From: Chiloscyllium plagiosum | Lineage: Eukaryota | Assembly (NCBI RefSeq): GCF_004010195.1 | Contig: NC_057751.1 | Location: 16,103,969-16,151,943 of the forward strand | Length of the DNA stretch: 47,975 nt | Direction of reading: 5' to 3' | Part shown: one piece after another, positions 1 through 12,189 of the stretch | Numbering within the stretch: the first letter of the stretch is position 1 | How the letters are laid out: each line of letters starts with the position of its first letter | Notes under the pieces: model-generated | Seen by the model: only the letters and a program-made list of their open reading frames with translations | What the model was told of the DNA's origin: nothing | Database searches by the model: none | Program-made: the position numbers and the translations under genes

Positions 1-14
1 CATTGTTTCTGGTG

Positions 15-82
15 TGGCTGGATCACAATCCTGGAACTTCCTCCTTAAACAGCACTACGTGGGTGTCCCGACACCACACAGA
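15..82 (+). mobile_element. CR1/L2-type LINE 3' region fragment (host of two later insertions; continues at 431-450 and ~2117-2180)
   Basis: aatcctggaacttcctcc...gtgggtgtccc...ggttcaagaagg...agctcac matches the uninterrupted copy at ~8140-8275. Confidence 0.7.
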
Positions 83-430
83 CGGGATGGTGGCTCAGAG
101 GTTAGCACTGCTGCCTCACAGTGTCAGGGACCCAGGTTCAATTCCACCCTCAGGCAACTGGCTGTGTGGAGTTTGTCTGTTCTCCCTGTGTCTGCGCTGG
201 TTTGCTCCTGGTGCTCCAGTTTCCTCTCACAGCCCAAAGATGTGCAGGTTGACCATGCAAAATTGCTCATTGTTTCCAGGGGTGTGCAGGCTGGATGGAT
301 TGGCCATTGGAAATGCATGGTTACGGGGATAGGGTAAGGGGCCTTAAGTCAGAGTGGGATTCTATTCAGAGGATCAGGTGATGAATGGATGGGTTGAATG
401 GCCTCTTGCCACACTGTAGGGATTCTATGA
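83..430 (+). mobile_element. tRNA-derived V-SINE (HE1-like)
   Basis: A box tggctcagaggttagc, B box ggttcaattcc, V-domain gtgtggagtttg...ctccagtttcctctcacagcccaaagatgtgcaggtt, LINE-like tail ccacactgtagggattctatga. Confidence 0.88.
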
Positions 431-451
431 CTGTGGTGGTTCAAGAAGGTC

Positions 452-2116
452 TTAGAGTCATAGAGATGTACAGCATGGAAACAGACCCTTCGGTCCAACC
501 TGTCCATGCCGACCAGATATCCCAACCCAATCTAGTCCCACCTGCCAGCACCCGGCCCATATCCCTCCAAACCCTTCCTATTCATATACCCACACAAATG
601 CCTCTTAAATGTTGCAATTGTACCAGCCTCCACCACATCCTCTGGCAGCTCATTCCATACACGTACCACCCTCTGCGTGAAAAAGTTGCCCCTTAGGTCT
701 CTTTTATATCTTTCCCCTCTCACCCTAAACCTACACATCCAAATTATTTATGTAAATAACAAAAAGTAGAGGACCCAGCACCGATCCTTGTGGCACTCCA
801 CTGGCCACAGGCCTCCAGTCTGAAAAACAACCCTCCACNNNNNNNNNNNNNNNNNNNNNNNNNNNNNNNNNNNNNNNNNNNNNNNNNNNNNNNNNNNNNN
901 NNNNNNNNNNNNNNNNNNNNNNNNNNNNNNNNNNNNNNNNNNNNNNNNNNNNNNNNNNNNNNNNNNNNNNNNNNNNNNNNNNNNNNNNNNNNNNNNNNNN
1001 NNNNNNNNNNNNNNNNNNNNNNNNNNNNNNNNNNNNNNNNNNNNNNAAGATTTGCTTTCCCAAAATGCAGCACCTCGCATTTATCTGAATTAAACTCCAT
1101 CTGCCACTTCTCAGCCCATTGGCCCATCTGGTCCAGATCCTGTTGTAATCTGAGGTAACCCTCTTCGGTGTCCACTACACTTCCAATTTTAGTGTCATCT
1201 GCAAACTTACTAACTGTACCTCTTATGCTCGCATCCAAATCATTTATGTAAATGACAAAAAGTAGAGGACCCAGCACCGACTCCATTGTTCACAGGCCTC
1301 CAGTCTGAAAAACAACCCTCCACCACCACCCTCTTTCTGTATCCAAATGGCTAGTTCTCCCTGTATTCCATGAGATCTAACTTTGCTATTCAGTCTCCCA
1401 TGGGGAACCTTGTCGAACACCTTACTGAAGTCCGTATGGATGACATCTACTGCTCTGCCCTCATCAATCTTCTTTGTTACTTCTTCAAAAAACTCAATCA
1501 AGTTTGTGAGCCATGATTTCCCACGCACAAAGCCATGTTGACTATCCCTAAACAGTCCTTGCGTTTCCAAATACATGTACATCCTGTCCCTCAGGATTCC
1601 CTCCAACAACTTGCTCACCACTGAGGTCAGGCTCACCGGTCTATAGTTCCCTGGCTTGTCTTTACTGCCCTTCTTAAACAGTGGCACCATGTTTGCCAAC
1701 CTCCAGTCTTCCGGCACCTCACTTGTGACTATCGATGATACAAATGTCTCAGCAAGAGGCCCAGCAATCACTTCTCTGGCTTCCCACAGAGTTCTCGGGT
1801 ACACCTGAACAGGTCCTGGGGATTTATCCACTTTTATGCGTTTCAAGACATCCAGCACTTCCTCCTCTGTAATATGGACATTTTTCAAGAAGTCACCATC
1901 TATTTCCCTACAGTCTATATCTTCCATATCCTTTCCACAGTAAATACTGATGCAAAATATTCATTTAGGACCTCCCCCATTTTCTGTGGCTCCACACAAA
2001 GGCCGCCTTACTGATCTTTGAGGGGCCCCATTCTCTCCCTAGTTATCCTTTTGTCCTTAATATATTTCTAAAAACCCTTTGGATTCTCCTTAATTCTATT
2101 TGCCAAAGCTATCTCA
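452..2116 (-). mobile_element. 5'-truncated CR1 (HER1-like) LINE with RT-coding ORF2 remnant
   Basis: ORFs 1244-1927, 744-1286 and 731-1063 show [41 protein letters not shown]; 3' tail ctctatgactct. Confidence 0.95.
839..1046. other. assembly gap
   Basis: run of N. Confidence 1.
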
Positions 2117-2290
2117 GGTAGCTCACTATTGCCTGTCAAGGCTAGGGGGATAATTATGGACGGCAAATGCAGGCTGACACCCTATGGATAAGTTGCAAAG
2201 CACCATCTCCAGCCCTGCAAGGTGCTGTGTGAAGATCCACTAAGCAATGCCTTTGCAGAGTCAACTATTCCTGCAAATGATTGATTTAAA

Positions 2291-2470
2291 GGGCTGGTTA
2301 GCTCAGTTGGCTGGATGGCAGGTCTGAAATGCAGAGTAACGCCAACAGCATGGGTTCAATTCCCAACCCAGCTGAGGTCACTACAAAGGCTCCCTCGTTC
2401 TTGACCTTACTTGACCGTCAGGTTAAACCACCACCAGTTATCTCAACCTCATGGGACAGTAGCCTTACGA
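2291..2470 (+). mobile_element. tRNA-derived SINE, second family
   Basis: tagctcagttggc A box, ggttcaattcc B box, ggttaaaccaccacca body; related copies at 13485, 14365, 46705. Confidence 0.75.
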
Positions 2471-2589
2471 CTGCATTACTGAATGGGAAGGAAAATGAAG
2501 CCAGAAAGGCTAGAGGAGGCAACCAAAAGGGGAAAATGGAAAGGAAACCCAGCAGAAGGGGAGAGTGGTGTCTCTGTAATGTCTCTGGT

Positions 2590-2825
2590 CTAGCGGAGGT
2601 TGCAGGTTCAAATCTCACTACAGCAAAACATTGAATTTAAATTTGGACTTCTTTCAGAAAGATCTAGAATTAAAAGGAGTTATTTGTGTCAGCAACCATG
2701 CCAGCTAAGATCAAGTGTCATCCAAATCCATCTCGGGAAGGAAATCTGCCGTCCTTACCTGGTCCGACTTATACGTGACTCCAGACGCATGGCAGTTCTG
2801 ATTGGCTGTTTGGTTCCCTCCCAAA
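2590..2825 (+). mobile_element. degraded SINE, third family
   Basis: gggaaggaaatctgccgtccttacctggtc...gtgactccagac shared with 6197-6490 and 11712-12050. Confidence 0.65.
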
Positions 2826-2849
2826 ACAGTTGGGTAAGCTGCCCAGCTC

Positions 2850-2878
2850 GGGGTTGGGGGGGGGGGGGGGGGGTGAGT

Positions 2879-2918
<40 letters not shown>

Positions 2919-2921
2919 GGG
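2850..2921 (+). repeat. poly-G tract
   Basis: G18-TGAGT-G39; source of the poly-Pro/poly-Gly ORFs. Confidence 0.95.
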
Positions 2922-4098
2922 CATGAGCAGAAGGAGGCAGTGAAGGATGGGTAACAAGTGTTGGTCTCGCCAGATGTGACAGCCATGTCCCCTGAGAGGA
3001 CAGACGGAGCTCAGCGCAACAGGGAACGTGAAGGGGGGATTCGCTCCCAGAGGGCAAATGGGAAAAAGAGTCAACTGCAGAAATGGCTCAGTTCCTGAAC
3101 AGGGCTGACAGTTAAGAGACACACGTCCTCGAAGATGACCATAAAACTGATCATTTGTAAAGAAAAAAAGCATCCGATCTGCAAACAAGAGAGAATAAGG
3201 GGTCAGAAGTTTGCAAATGACTGGTTAGGCCTTGGTTGGAGTGTTGCGAACAGTCCTGGGAGGGGGCCGCACCCTTCAGGGAAAATCTTAGAGAGCAGGG
3301 TTTCTCAGGATATGGGAGCCTCGATTCTAAGGAGAGTCTGGACCACATTTCTGGTTTTGAATGGAAGGGGAGTCAAGTGGATGTGAGGCTTCAATCAAAG
3401 GGGGAGAAAAACTCTTTTCTCTGGCTCAATAAGCAGAGGTTATGGATTTGCAATCCGCCAGTAAAGAGGAGAGCTAAGGAGAAAGATTTCTCCTCAAAGC
3501 TGTGAGGTTTTGGAACTCTCAGCCCGAAAAGGTGATGGACACTGCCAATCATAACCATCCCCTGATCCCTTCTCTCAGTCAAATAATCAACCTCAGCGGA
3601 GGGTGGGCAAAGAAGCCACAGGTTGTGAATTCGCCTCCCAGCAACAGGAGGAGGATAAAAAGCTACTCTTTCTCCCTCGAGCTGCCTGACACGGACATGT
3701 TTTATGCAGGAGTACACCAGCTGCATACCAACAGCAAGTTAACAAGTCCCAGCAACAGCGGGGGGGGTGCTTTAGTTATCGCTCAGAGCTTGCACTGGTC
3801 TTGAAGGTGGCTGAATTTACAATTCACACAGTCTGCAGAATGCATTATCGGAACAGTGGGTTCAAGTAAATTGTGAATGCCGGTGTTGGGAGGGATGATT
3901 AAATGCCAGCCACCTGACAAACATCTGCCTATTAGGTCAGATCACGCTGTCAAACTTGCAGAGGTTGGTTTAACATAAAGGATGTGTGCAAGCGCAGCAG
4001 GAGTGGGAGGGGGGTCATCTTGCCTGTCGGGCCTGTTTCATCCTTCAGTGGTGGCAAAGTCATTGCAAATGAATATCTCCAGGAATGTGGATTTTCAA

Positions 4099-4714
4099 GG
4101 TCATAGAGCTGTTTCGCACAGAAACTGACTCTTTGGTCCAAATCATCCATGCTGACCAGACATCCTAAATAAATCTAGTCCCATTGCCAGAATTTGGCCC
4201 ACATCCCACTGAACCCTTTCTATTCATATACCCATCGGGATGCCTTTTAAATGTTGTAATTGTACCAGCCTCCACCACTTCATCTGGCAGCTCGTTCCAT
4301 TCGCGCACCACCCTCTGCATGACAAAGTTGCCCCTCAGTTCCCTTTTTTAACTCTTTCCCTTCTCTCTTAAACTTTTGCTGTGTAGTTTTGGACTCCCCT
4401 GTTCTGGGAAAAAGGTCTTGGCTATTCGCCCTCTCCATGCCCCTCGTGATTTTATCAACCTCGAAAAGGTCACTCTGACACTCGAGGGAAAATAACCCCA
4501 GCCCACCAAATTCCCCGCAGCTCAAGCTCTGCAATTCTGGCAACATTCTTATAAAACTTTTTTTTTGCACCCTTTCACGTTTAGCAACTTCTCTCCTACA
4601 GCAGGGAAACCAGAAATGAACGTAGTATTCCAAAAATGGCCAAACCAATGTCCTGAACAGCCGCAACATGACCTCCCAACTCCTGTAATCAATGCACTGA
4701 CCAATGAAGGCAAA
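4099..4714 (-). mobile_element. CR1 LINE 3' fragment
   Basis: AFIGQCIDYRSWEVMLRLFRTLV ORF2 C-terminus and CR1 3' UTR. Confidence 0.9.
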
Positions 4715-5384
4715 TGTGGAGGAGCCGGTGTTGGGCTGGGGTGGACAAAGTTCAAAATCACACAACATCAGGTTCCACTATGCTATTGTGGAATTTCAAC
4801 CCAGGTCCCCAGAACATTATCTGGATTAATTGTCTGGCGATGATACCACTAAGTCATCGCCTATTCCATCAAATCCCACCATGGCCACTGATGAAGTTTG
4901 AATATTCAGTCAGTCTGTCTGCAATATTAAGCTGGTCTACCTCACTAACACCCTTCAGGGAAGGAAATTGGCCATCCTCACCTGGTCTGGACCTACACGT
5001 GATTCCAGACCCACGCCGATGTGATCCAATCTTGACAATTCTCTGAAATGGCCCTCATGAGCCTCCCAATTCAAGGGCGATTAGGGTCACACAACAAATG
5101 CAGGTCCTGCCATGAAAGAATAAATGGAAGTATCACAGCTAATCTTTCGCCTTGACCCCACACTCTCCCCTTATCCCTTCCAAATATTTATCCACCTCTG
5201 TCTTAAATATTCTCGATAACTGAGCAGAACACAATTCTTTGAATTAAGGCTTTTCTTCTTAATCTTTATCCGAAACCAGTGATGTTACCGATATTGGTGT
5301 ATGTTATACTGTCCCATCAAGAGGCGAGTTGTCAGCCAGGTCCATGAGTTTGTTCAGACATGTGTCTTGAACAAGTGTTTTGCC

Positions 5385-5497
5385 TTATAATGTCGACTCT
5401 CTTGTTCCTCAGAAGCGGCCTGACCTGGTGTGCTTTTTCCAGCGCTACACTTTATCAACTCTGACTCTCCAGCATCTGCAGTCCTCACATCCTCCCA
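5385..5497 (+). mobile_element. Penelope-like short element family A, degraded
   Basis: gtcgactctc...cctgacctg...ctccagcatctgcagtcctcac as in 10257-10389. Confidence 0.7.
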
Positions 5498-6196
5498 GAC
5501 TTGTGTTTTTATATTGATGGAATAAATCTCTATGTTGGGTTGCACAGTGACACGTTCGGGTGTTCTTTCATTCTGACTGGAGCCTAAAACTGCCCAGTCT
5601 AGAAAAAGTGACTGAAATAATTCTAACTGCAGGGACCTTAAAAATCAGAGGAGATCGTATCGCCCATCAAGCCTATTCCATTCCATTCTTTGAAAAAAAA
5701 AGGCCTATTCTTAAGTGGCCTATTCTTTATCCACTTTGGTTCCATATCTCTGAACAGGATTGTCCAACATTCAATCTTCAATTGGTTGGAATTTCAATTT
5801 ACCACGCCTTCCCTGTCCGGCTCCACGGCGTTTTGGTGGAATAAGCTCCATAAGGCTTCCATTCCTGCTTTGGGTGCCATCAACTGTGAATAACCTGGCT
5901 ACAATTTGAAGATTAGGTCCCCCTTGTCCTAGAACTCACCCCACACTTCCTACCAGCCCCACTGAGGAAAATAGACTCACTCCATCCCCCACATAATTAG
6001 TCTCCTTCAGTACTTTAATAATCCCGTGTCAGTCATAGTCACCTCAACACTCCACCCCACTACCCTTACTCAGGACAGCGCTGACCTAGGGCCACGGGAC
6101 TAAACCCTTTGAGCTCAGTTGTCATTCTGGTGAATCTTTTCCTTACCTCCTCACCTAGGAAGCACATCTTTCCTGCGATGGGATATGGCTTAATAC

Positions 6197-6490
6197 TGGG
6201 GAAGCGATAGCCCATTGGGTATTATCGCTGGGCTGTTAATCCAGAATGCCAAACACAGCAGATGGTGGAATTTGAATTCGATAAATATCTGGAATGAACA
6301 GTCTAATTGCCTATTGTCAGGGAAGAACCTGAATGGTTCATGGCTGCAGTCGAGGGAAGGGCACTGTCATCCTACTGCTTATATGTGACTCCAGACCCAG
6401 ATGTTGACTCTTAGCTGCCCTCTGGGCAATTCAGGATGGGCAATAAATGCCGGCCTACCCAGCAGCGCCCACATCCTATGAATGAATTTT
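6197..6490 (+). mobile_element. SINE, third family, with CR1/L2-like tail
   Basis: ggtattatcgctgggctgttaatccag head; ggcaattcaggatgggcaataaatgc...atgaatgaat tail. Confidence 0.8.
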
Positions 6491-6834
6491 AAAAATCATT
6501 AAAGTTTGGAGAGAGGTGGAAGGAAATAGGGCTGAGCCTGTCTGTGCCATTGCTCAGAGTCCCTCTGACACCTTACCCAGGCTGCACCACTGGGTGCTTA
6601 GGCCGTATCCTGAAACTGAACACAGGAGAAGGTACCAGAAACCAATAATGACAGAACACATGATCATCTCGACAGCTCCCTTCCTAATCTCTGAGCCGCG
6701 ATGTTGAATTAAATTCTACTCCGTGAAATTCTCTCTGGTGTTTCATGTATTAGGCTATCAAGCAAGGACCAATTTCTTTCAAGGTTAGAGATTGGCTCAT
6801 GATGCCAACAATGCCCGCATTCTCCACTGTTTTG

Positions 6835-7058
6835 TGGGTGGCACGGTGGCACGGTGGTTAGCACTGCTGCCTCACAGCGCCAGAGACCCTTCCACAGTCC
6901 AAAAATGTGCAGATTAGGTGAATTGGCCATGCTAAATTGCCTGTCGTGTTAGGTGAAGGCGTAAATGTAGGGGAATGCGTCTGGGTGGGTTGCGCTTCAG
7001 CGGGTCGGTGTGGACTCGTTGGGCCGAAGGGCCTGTTTCCACACTGTAAGTAAGCTAA
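6835..7058 (+). mobile_element. V-SINE (HE1-like) with internal deletion
   Basis: ggcacggtggcacggtggttagcactgctgcctcacagcgccag head; gggccgaagggcctgtttccacactgta tail. Confidence 0.88.
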
Positions 7059-7164
7059 TCTAAAAAAAGGCTTGTCAATTTCAGAGAGGAGTGGCCTGTG
7101 GAGAGTGATTTCTAGGCTATAGATGATCATTAGATCCATTGGGGGAGTTAAATGAGAAAAGAAT

Positions 7165-7650
7165 AAGCTGGAGAGGGTTCAGAAGAGATTTATTGGGTAT
7201 GGAAAGTTTGAGTTATGGGGAGAGGCTGGATAGGCTGGGACTTGTATCACTGGAGCGCAGGAGGTTGAGGGGGTGACCTTATAGAGGTTTACAAAATCAT
7301 GAGGGACATAGATAGGGTTAATGGTAGTTGTCTTTTCTCTAAGATGGGGGATTTCAAGATGAGGAGGCATTTTTTAAAGTGGGAGGAGAGAGATTTAAAA
7401 AAGAGTGGCAATTTTTTTTTCCACAGAGACTGGTTCGTGTGTGGAATAAACTTCCAGAGGAAGTGGTGGATGTGGATACAGTTACAACGTTTAAAAGACA
7501 TTTGGATAAGTAGAGGAATAGGAAATGTTTGGAGGGATATGGGCCGGAAGCAGACATGTGGGACTAGTTTAGTTTGGAATTACGTTTGGCACGGACTGAT
7601 TGGACTGAAGGGTCTGTTTCCATGCTGTATGGCTCTATGCCTCGACTCTA
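7165..7650 (+). mobile_element. CR1 LINE 3' fragment
   Basis: gggtgaccttatagaggtttacaaaatcatgaggg and 3' UTR. Confidence 0.9.
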
Positions 7651-8039
7651 ATAAGCATTTTGGGTGGGAATGTGTGGCACAAATGGATGGTGTCTTGCAG
7701 TCAGCAAAGCATCCGAGAGCAAGCAATTAACGGCTCCACTTCTTAATTCAAACAGACCGAGAAGTCAAAGGGAATTCTGGATGGAGAACTATCTATCAGC
7801 TTCTCAGTGGATGTTTGCAACCCACGTTTGCAAGTTAAGAACATAGCCTAAGGCAGGGAGGAACCAGAAGGAAAAGTAATGAGTCCACATCAAATCAGTT
7901 TTAGGAGGGAGTGATCAGCTTAAGAGAGAGAGAGAGAGAAAAATACAAAGAGAAAAGGTAACATGCTTTAATTTTCAAAATCTCTCACAATAATGAGCCG
8001 ATCCCACACTTGTAAAAGCAGCTTCCGAACCCACAACGA

Positions 8040-8285
8040 CCTCCATCCAGAAGGATACACGGGAACACCACCCCCTGCAAGTTCCCCTCCGAGCCACTCA
8101 CCATCCCTGACTTGGAAATAAATCACTGTTCCTTCAGTGTCACTGGGTCAAAATCCTGGCGCTCCCTCCCTCAGGGCATTGCAGGTCTCCCCTGCAGCAC
8201 ATGGAGCGCAGCGGTTCGAGAAGGCAGACTCACCACCACCTTCTCAAGGGGCAGCGAGGAATGGGCAATAAATTCACATGTGAGT
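8040..8285 (+). mobile_element. CR1/L2-type LINE 3' end
   Basis: caccaccccctgcaagttcccctcc...caccaccaccttctcaaggg...gggcaataaa; antisense copy at 23375-23630. Confidence 0.75.
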
Positions 8286-9406
8286 GAAGAAAAGTTCATT
8301 TCCAATGCAAACAAGGCTGTTTGTCAGTGACATAAGGGGCTTTTGCTGTTGTTGTTCATTTTTTTGTTTTAATTTTTGCAGTTAGGCGGTTAGTGAGAGA
8401 GGGGATGAAGAAGCCAACCTTTTCTAGTGGGGTTAATTCCTCTCTGTCAGAGAGCCCAGCTACCTGCTGGGTGTACAGATGAGTCAATGCCACCCTGCAA
8501 GCAGGATCTGAATTACCCCACATGTAGGATATTAAGGCACATGGTTTTCCGAAAAAATTCAATATTACCTGTCACTTCAAACCATGTTTTCACAGTGGTA
8601 TGAGCATATTTGCAGACAAGGTGCAGAAATAACAGACCACATGATACTTATTTAACTCAGTCCTCATATTGACGCACACAGTATTCCACATAATTCACCT
8701 TAATTAACACTTAATGCTCTGTGTACATTTGCACCAATCAGTGCACTTGTGCTAAACTCCTGCAGCACAATTTCACTGCAGACATCAACCCCTGAGGTTA
8801 TGATTTCATTAAAATGAAACATTCTGGAATAGAATGAACATCCTCGCATTAATATCCTGACACCTCCAGGAAGCAGAGCAATATATGCCCAATGATAATG
8901 AGGTTTAACACTGCAGTTTGCCTAGAAATGAGAACGGGACCTGACAACTGCAAGGTTAATGCACAAATGCTTAGCGACCGTGTAAGAGAAACATAGAATG
9001 GCGTGACAGAGCTTCATGAGAGTTTTCAGATCTGAACTGTGCCACTTCGACTTGACTCGATGTTTTGTGAGTGGGAGATGGCAAAAACTCACTTTTGCCT
9101 GAAGCAATTGTCTCTGATTAGTTCTTCCGGACAGGCCGGCTCCACCCCAAAGGCTTTGGAAGCCACAAGCGTCGAGACGATGGTACATTCAACGAGGCAT
9201 AGAACAAGCCTTGAGATACTTTGAATGGTGGACTCTGGCTGAGGAAAGAACTCTTCCTGGCACAACCTGACCATGTCTAAAACATGGGCCCGGTATCAGT
9301 GTGCCCATGATCATATTTGTGCAAGCGATCGGTTGGTGAGAGGGCATCAAGTGATGGACTGATTAACTCTCTTTTGCTTTTTTTTAAAGTGACTGCTTTC
9401 TTATAA

Positions 9407-10168
9407 TTTGGTGGTGCTGGGTGTTGGACAGGGGCGTACAAAGTTTAAAATCATGCAACACCAGGGTCATAGTTGATTTGGAAGCACGAGCTTTCGATGC
9501 GCAGCCCCTTTATCAGGTGGTTGTGGAGTATAAGATCGTAAGACGCAGAATTTAGCGAAAACCTTTACAGTGTGATGCAACTGAAATTATATCTTGAAAA
9601 ACACCTGGATTGCTTGTTAAGTCTCTCATCTTTTAGAATGATCATGTTGGTTTCAGTTCTTTCATATGTAAATCCCAGAATGTTTTTAAAAGTTACATTC
9701 TCAAGTGAATTTTAACAATAGGTAACTTGCAGAATTACATTTTATTTTGCTCAAAAACTGCTTGAGTCCATCTAAGGTTCTGTAAATCCCTTTTTTAGAA
9801 GTAGAATCAGTCTGAACATTGGGGCACAGACAGCCTGACACAGGGCACCTCACACCTTCAATGCATTATCTGAGCTGACATGATACCTATTGTTAAAGTT
9901 CACTTGAGAATGTAACTTTTAAAAACATTCTGGGATTTACATATGAAAGAACTGAAACCAACATGGTTATTCTAAAAGATGAGAGACTTAACAAACAATC
10001 CAGGTGTTTTTCAATATATAATCTAAGTTGCATCACGCTGTAAAGGTTTTCGATAAATCCTGTGTCTTATGATCTTTTACTTCACAACCACTTGATGAAG
10101 GAGCAGCGCTCCGAAAGCTTGTGCTTCCAAATAAACCTGTTGGACTGTAATCTGTTGTGTGATTTTTA
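9407..10168. mobile_element. Penelope-like family B fold-back element (about 280 bp inverted arms, hammerhead core)
   Basis: ~9445-9724 is the reverse complement of ~9884-10168; TSD gctttcttataa at 9395-9406 and 10169-10180. Confidence 0.85.
10089..10123 (+). ncRNA. minimal hammerhead ribozyme motif (short stem III, C3U variant)
   Basis: CAC-UUGAUGA-A-GGAGC-agc-GCUCC-GAA-AGCU-U/GUG: stem I CAC/GUG, 5 bp stem II, palindromic AGCU. Confidence 0.65.
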
Positions 10169-10256
10169 GCTTTCTTATAAGCTAGAGATCAGTAGAAGAT
10201 GAATGATTTTAATTAGAGTCAGCCACGTTTCTCTGTATTGGTTTTATTGCACAGCA

Positions 10257-10389
10257 AAAGGGAAGAAGGGCTTATGCCCGAAACGTCGATTCTCCTGCTC
10301 CCCGGATGCTGCCTGGCCTGCTGTGTTTTTCCAGCACCACATTTTTCAACTCTGGTACTCCAGCATCTGCAGTCCTCACTTTCTCCCCC
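10257..10389 (+). mobile_element. Penelope-like short element family A
   Basis: gaagaagggcttatgcccgaaacgtcga...ctccagcatctgcagtcctcactttctcc; 14 bp TSD tttattgcacagca at 10243-10256 and 10390-10403. Confidence 0.85.
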
Positions 10390-11711
10390 TTTATTGCACA
10401 GCACCTCTACATACAGACCAAGCAGTCAATAGTTCTGCAAATGTTCAACCATCTTAGAAACTGCTGTTTTAAGTTACTGAAATGCTGTTGTTTGATCTGT
10501 GAACATGCAAGCAGCAGTTTAAGCTCAGAAAGTACAGAAAATCATTTTTGATGTGGCATTTCACATGTGAAAATGTGTTTTGTTGGCTGGAAAGCACTTT
10601 GGGGTCGTAAAAGGTACAACTGAAATACTAACCTATCTGTCTTGGAAGCTGATTGAGTACTTTGTGCAGTGTAATGTGGAAAAAGTGCTGCTGACTAATT
10701 CTAGTAATGCATCTCACTTCACTTCCCCTCTGTCACTCAGCACATTGACTATCGGTCCGACAGGGAGCAGAAAGAAAATCAGACATTTAAAGAAAATGCT
10801 AATTTCATGGACATCACTCATGGAGATCAGCCTTGGAAACAAGAACACTCATGATTGCATTTATCTCCTGTCACCTCTTTCTCATCGTTACAGCTGACCC
10901 TTGCAACATGCAACATGCTGACCTTATTTCCACTGACTGAGTCCCCTTTTATTAATTGAATATTTTTCTTAACATCAGTCTTCATTCTCCAGTGCCTTTT
11001 GGGAATGAGATATGAGAGTCAGGCCCCATGTGCCCTCTGACAGAGATGCCACTCTTCTGAAGGAGTTTGCTCAATATTGACTACTCCAACAACATCGCAA
11101 AAATAGCGATCACCATCTGAAAGCATGACCTTGCTGTTTTTTTTGGGGGTGGGGGGGTCTATGCCGTGCACTAAATTGTCCACCTCCCTAAAACAGCAGC
11201 TACCATTGGCCGCAATGCGCTTTGAGACACCCTGTCATTGTGAAAGGCGTTATATAAATGCAGTCTTTTCTTTAGAACAGAACAAGTGTTTTCTGGGGGT
11301 GCATGTTTTTTATTAAGGGTGTGGGTTCTGTTCACCGACAAGGTGAAGAGCTCCCCCTCCCACATTCCCTTCCTCGTACAGTACATGCCGAGGGCTCAAT
11401 CTTCACAAGAGTTAATAATACATTCCAGGAAACAGAGATACAACACTAAATGTGTAATTGCATCAGTTCTGACAAACTCAACATAAATGATGGAGCATCT
11501 GTACAGTAGCTGGCTTCTGAGCTGAACACCTCCTCCTGTGTTGAAAACTCTCAGGATAGAAACCGTTGCTAAAATTTGGAGACCTTTTTGTTGTGAATTG
11601 GGAATTCCATGACTGTAACAGAACGAATTGGCAAAGTCTCTTGGCTTTCAAAACATTCTTTCACAGGGACATCACTGGTGAGGCTAATGTTTGTTGAGCA
11701 CCCCCTTTTTA

Positions 11712-12050
11712 TTAAATTCATTCCTGGGACGTGGTCATCACTGGCTAGGCCGGCATTGATTACCCATTCCTAGTTGCCCAGAGGTCAGTTAAGAATCAGT
11801 CACATTGCTGTGGGTCTGGAGTCATGTGTAGGCCAGACCAGGTAAGGATGGCAGATTTCCTTCCCTAAGAGGACATTAGTGAACCAGATGGGTTTTCCTG
11901 ACAATCAATTCCTTAGACTCTTAATTCCAGATTTTTGTGAATTCAAATTCTGCCATCTGCTGTGGTGGGTTTGAACTAGGATCCCCAGAACATTAACTGG
12001 GTCTTGAGATTAACAGTCTAGCAATAGTACCATGAACTATTACCACTCAA
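11712..12050 (-). mobile_element. SINE, third family, near full length
   Basis: reverse complement of the 6197-6490 family. Confidence 0.8.
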
Positions 12051-12189
12051 TGCCCCTGAATGAAGTGGATTACCCCGCTGTTTCAAAATCAGCACCCTTG
12101 CTTTGTGACTGGAGTCACACGTAGACCAGACGAAGTAAGGTTGGCAGATGTCCTTCCATGGCCGACAGAGTGGTTACGAAGTCATTCAG

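Noticed and set aside
83..150. tRNA genes at A/B-box motifs (also 2291, 13485, 33390, 37880, 46705)
   Set aside because: SINE heads with no full cloverleaf, followed by SINE bodies
1244..1927. 227 aa RT-like ORF as a functional gene
   Set aside because: 5'-truncated CR1 ORF2 with deletions and a frameshift; no endonuclease domain
2600..3188. Pro-rich and Gly-rich ORFs (formin/extensin-like)
   Set aside because: Translation of the poly-G tract
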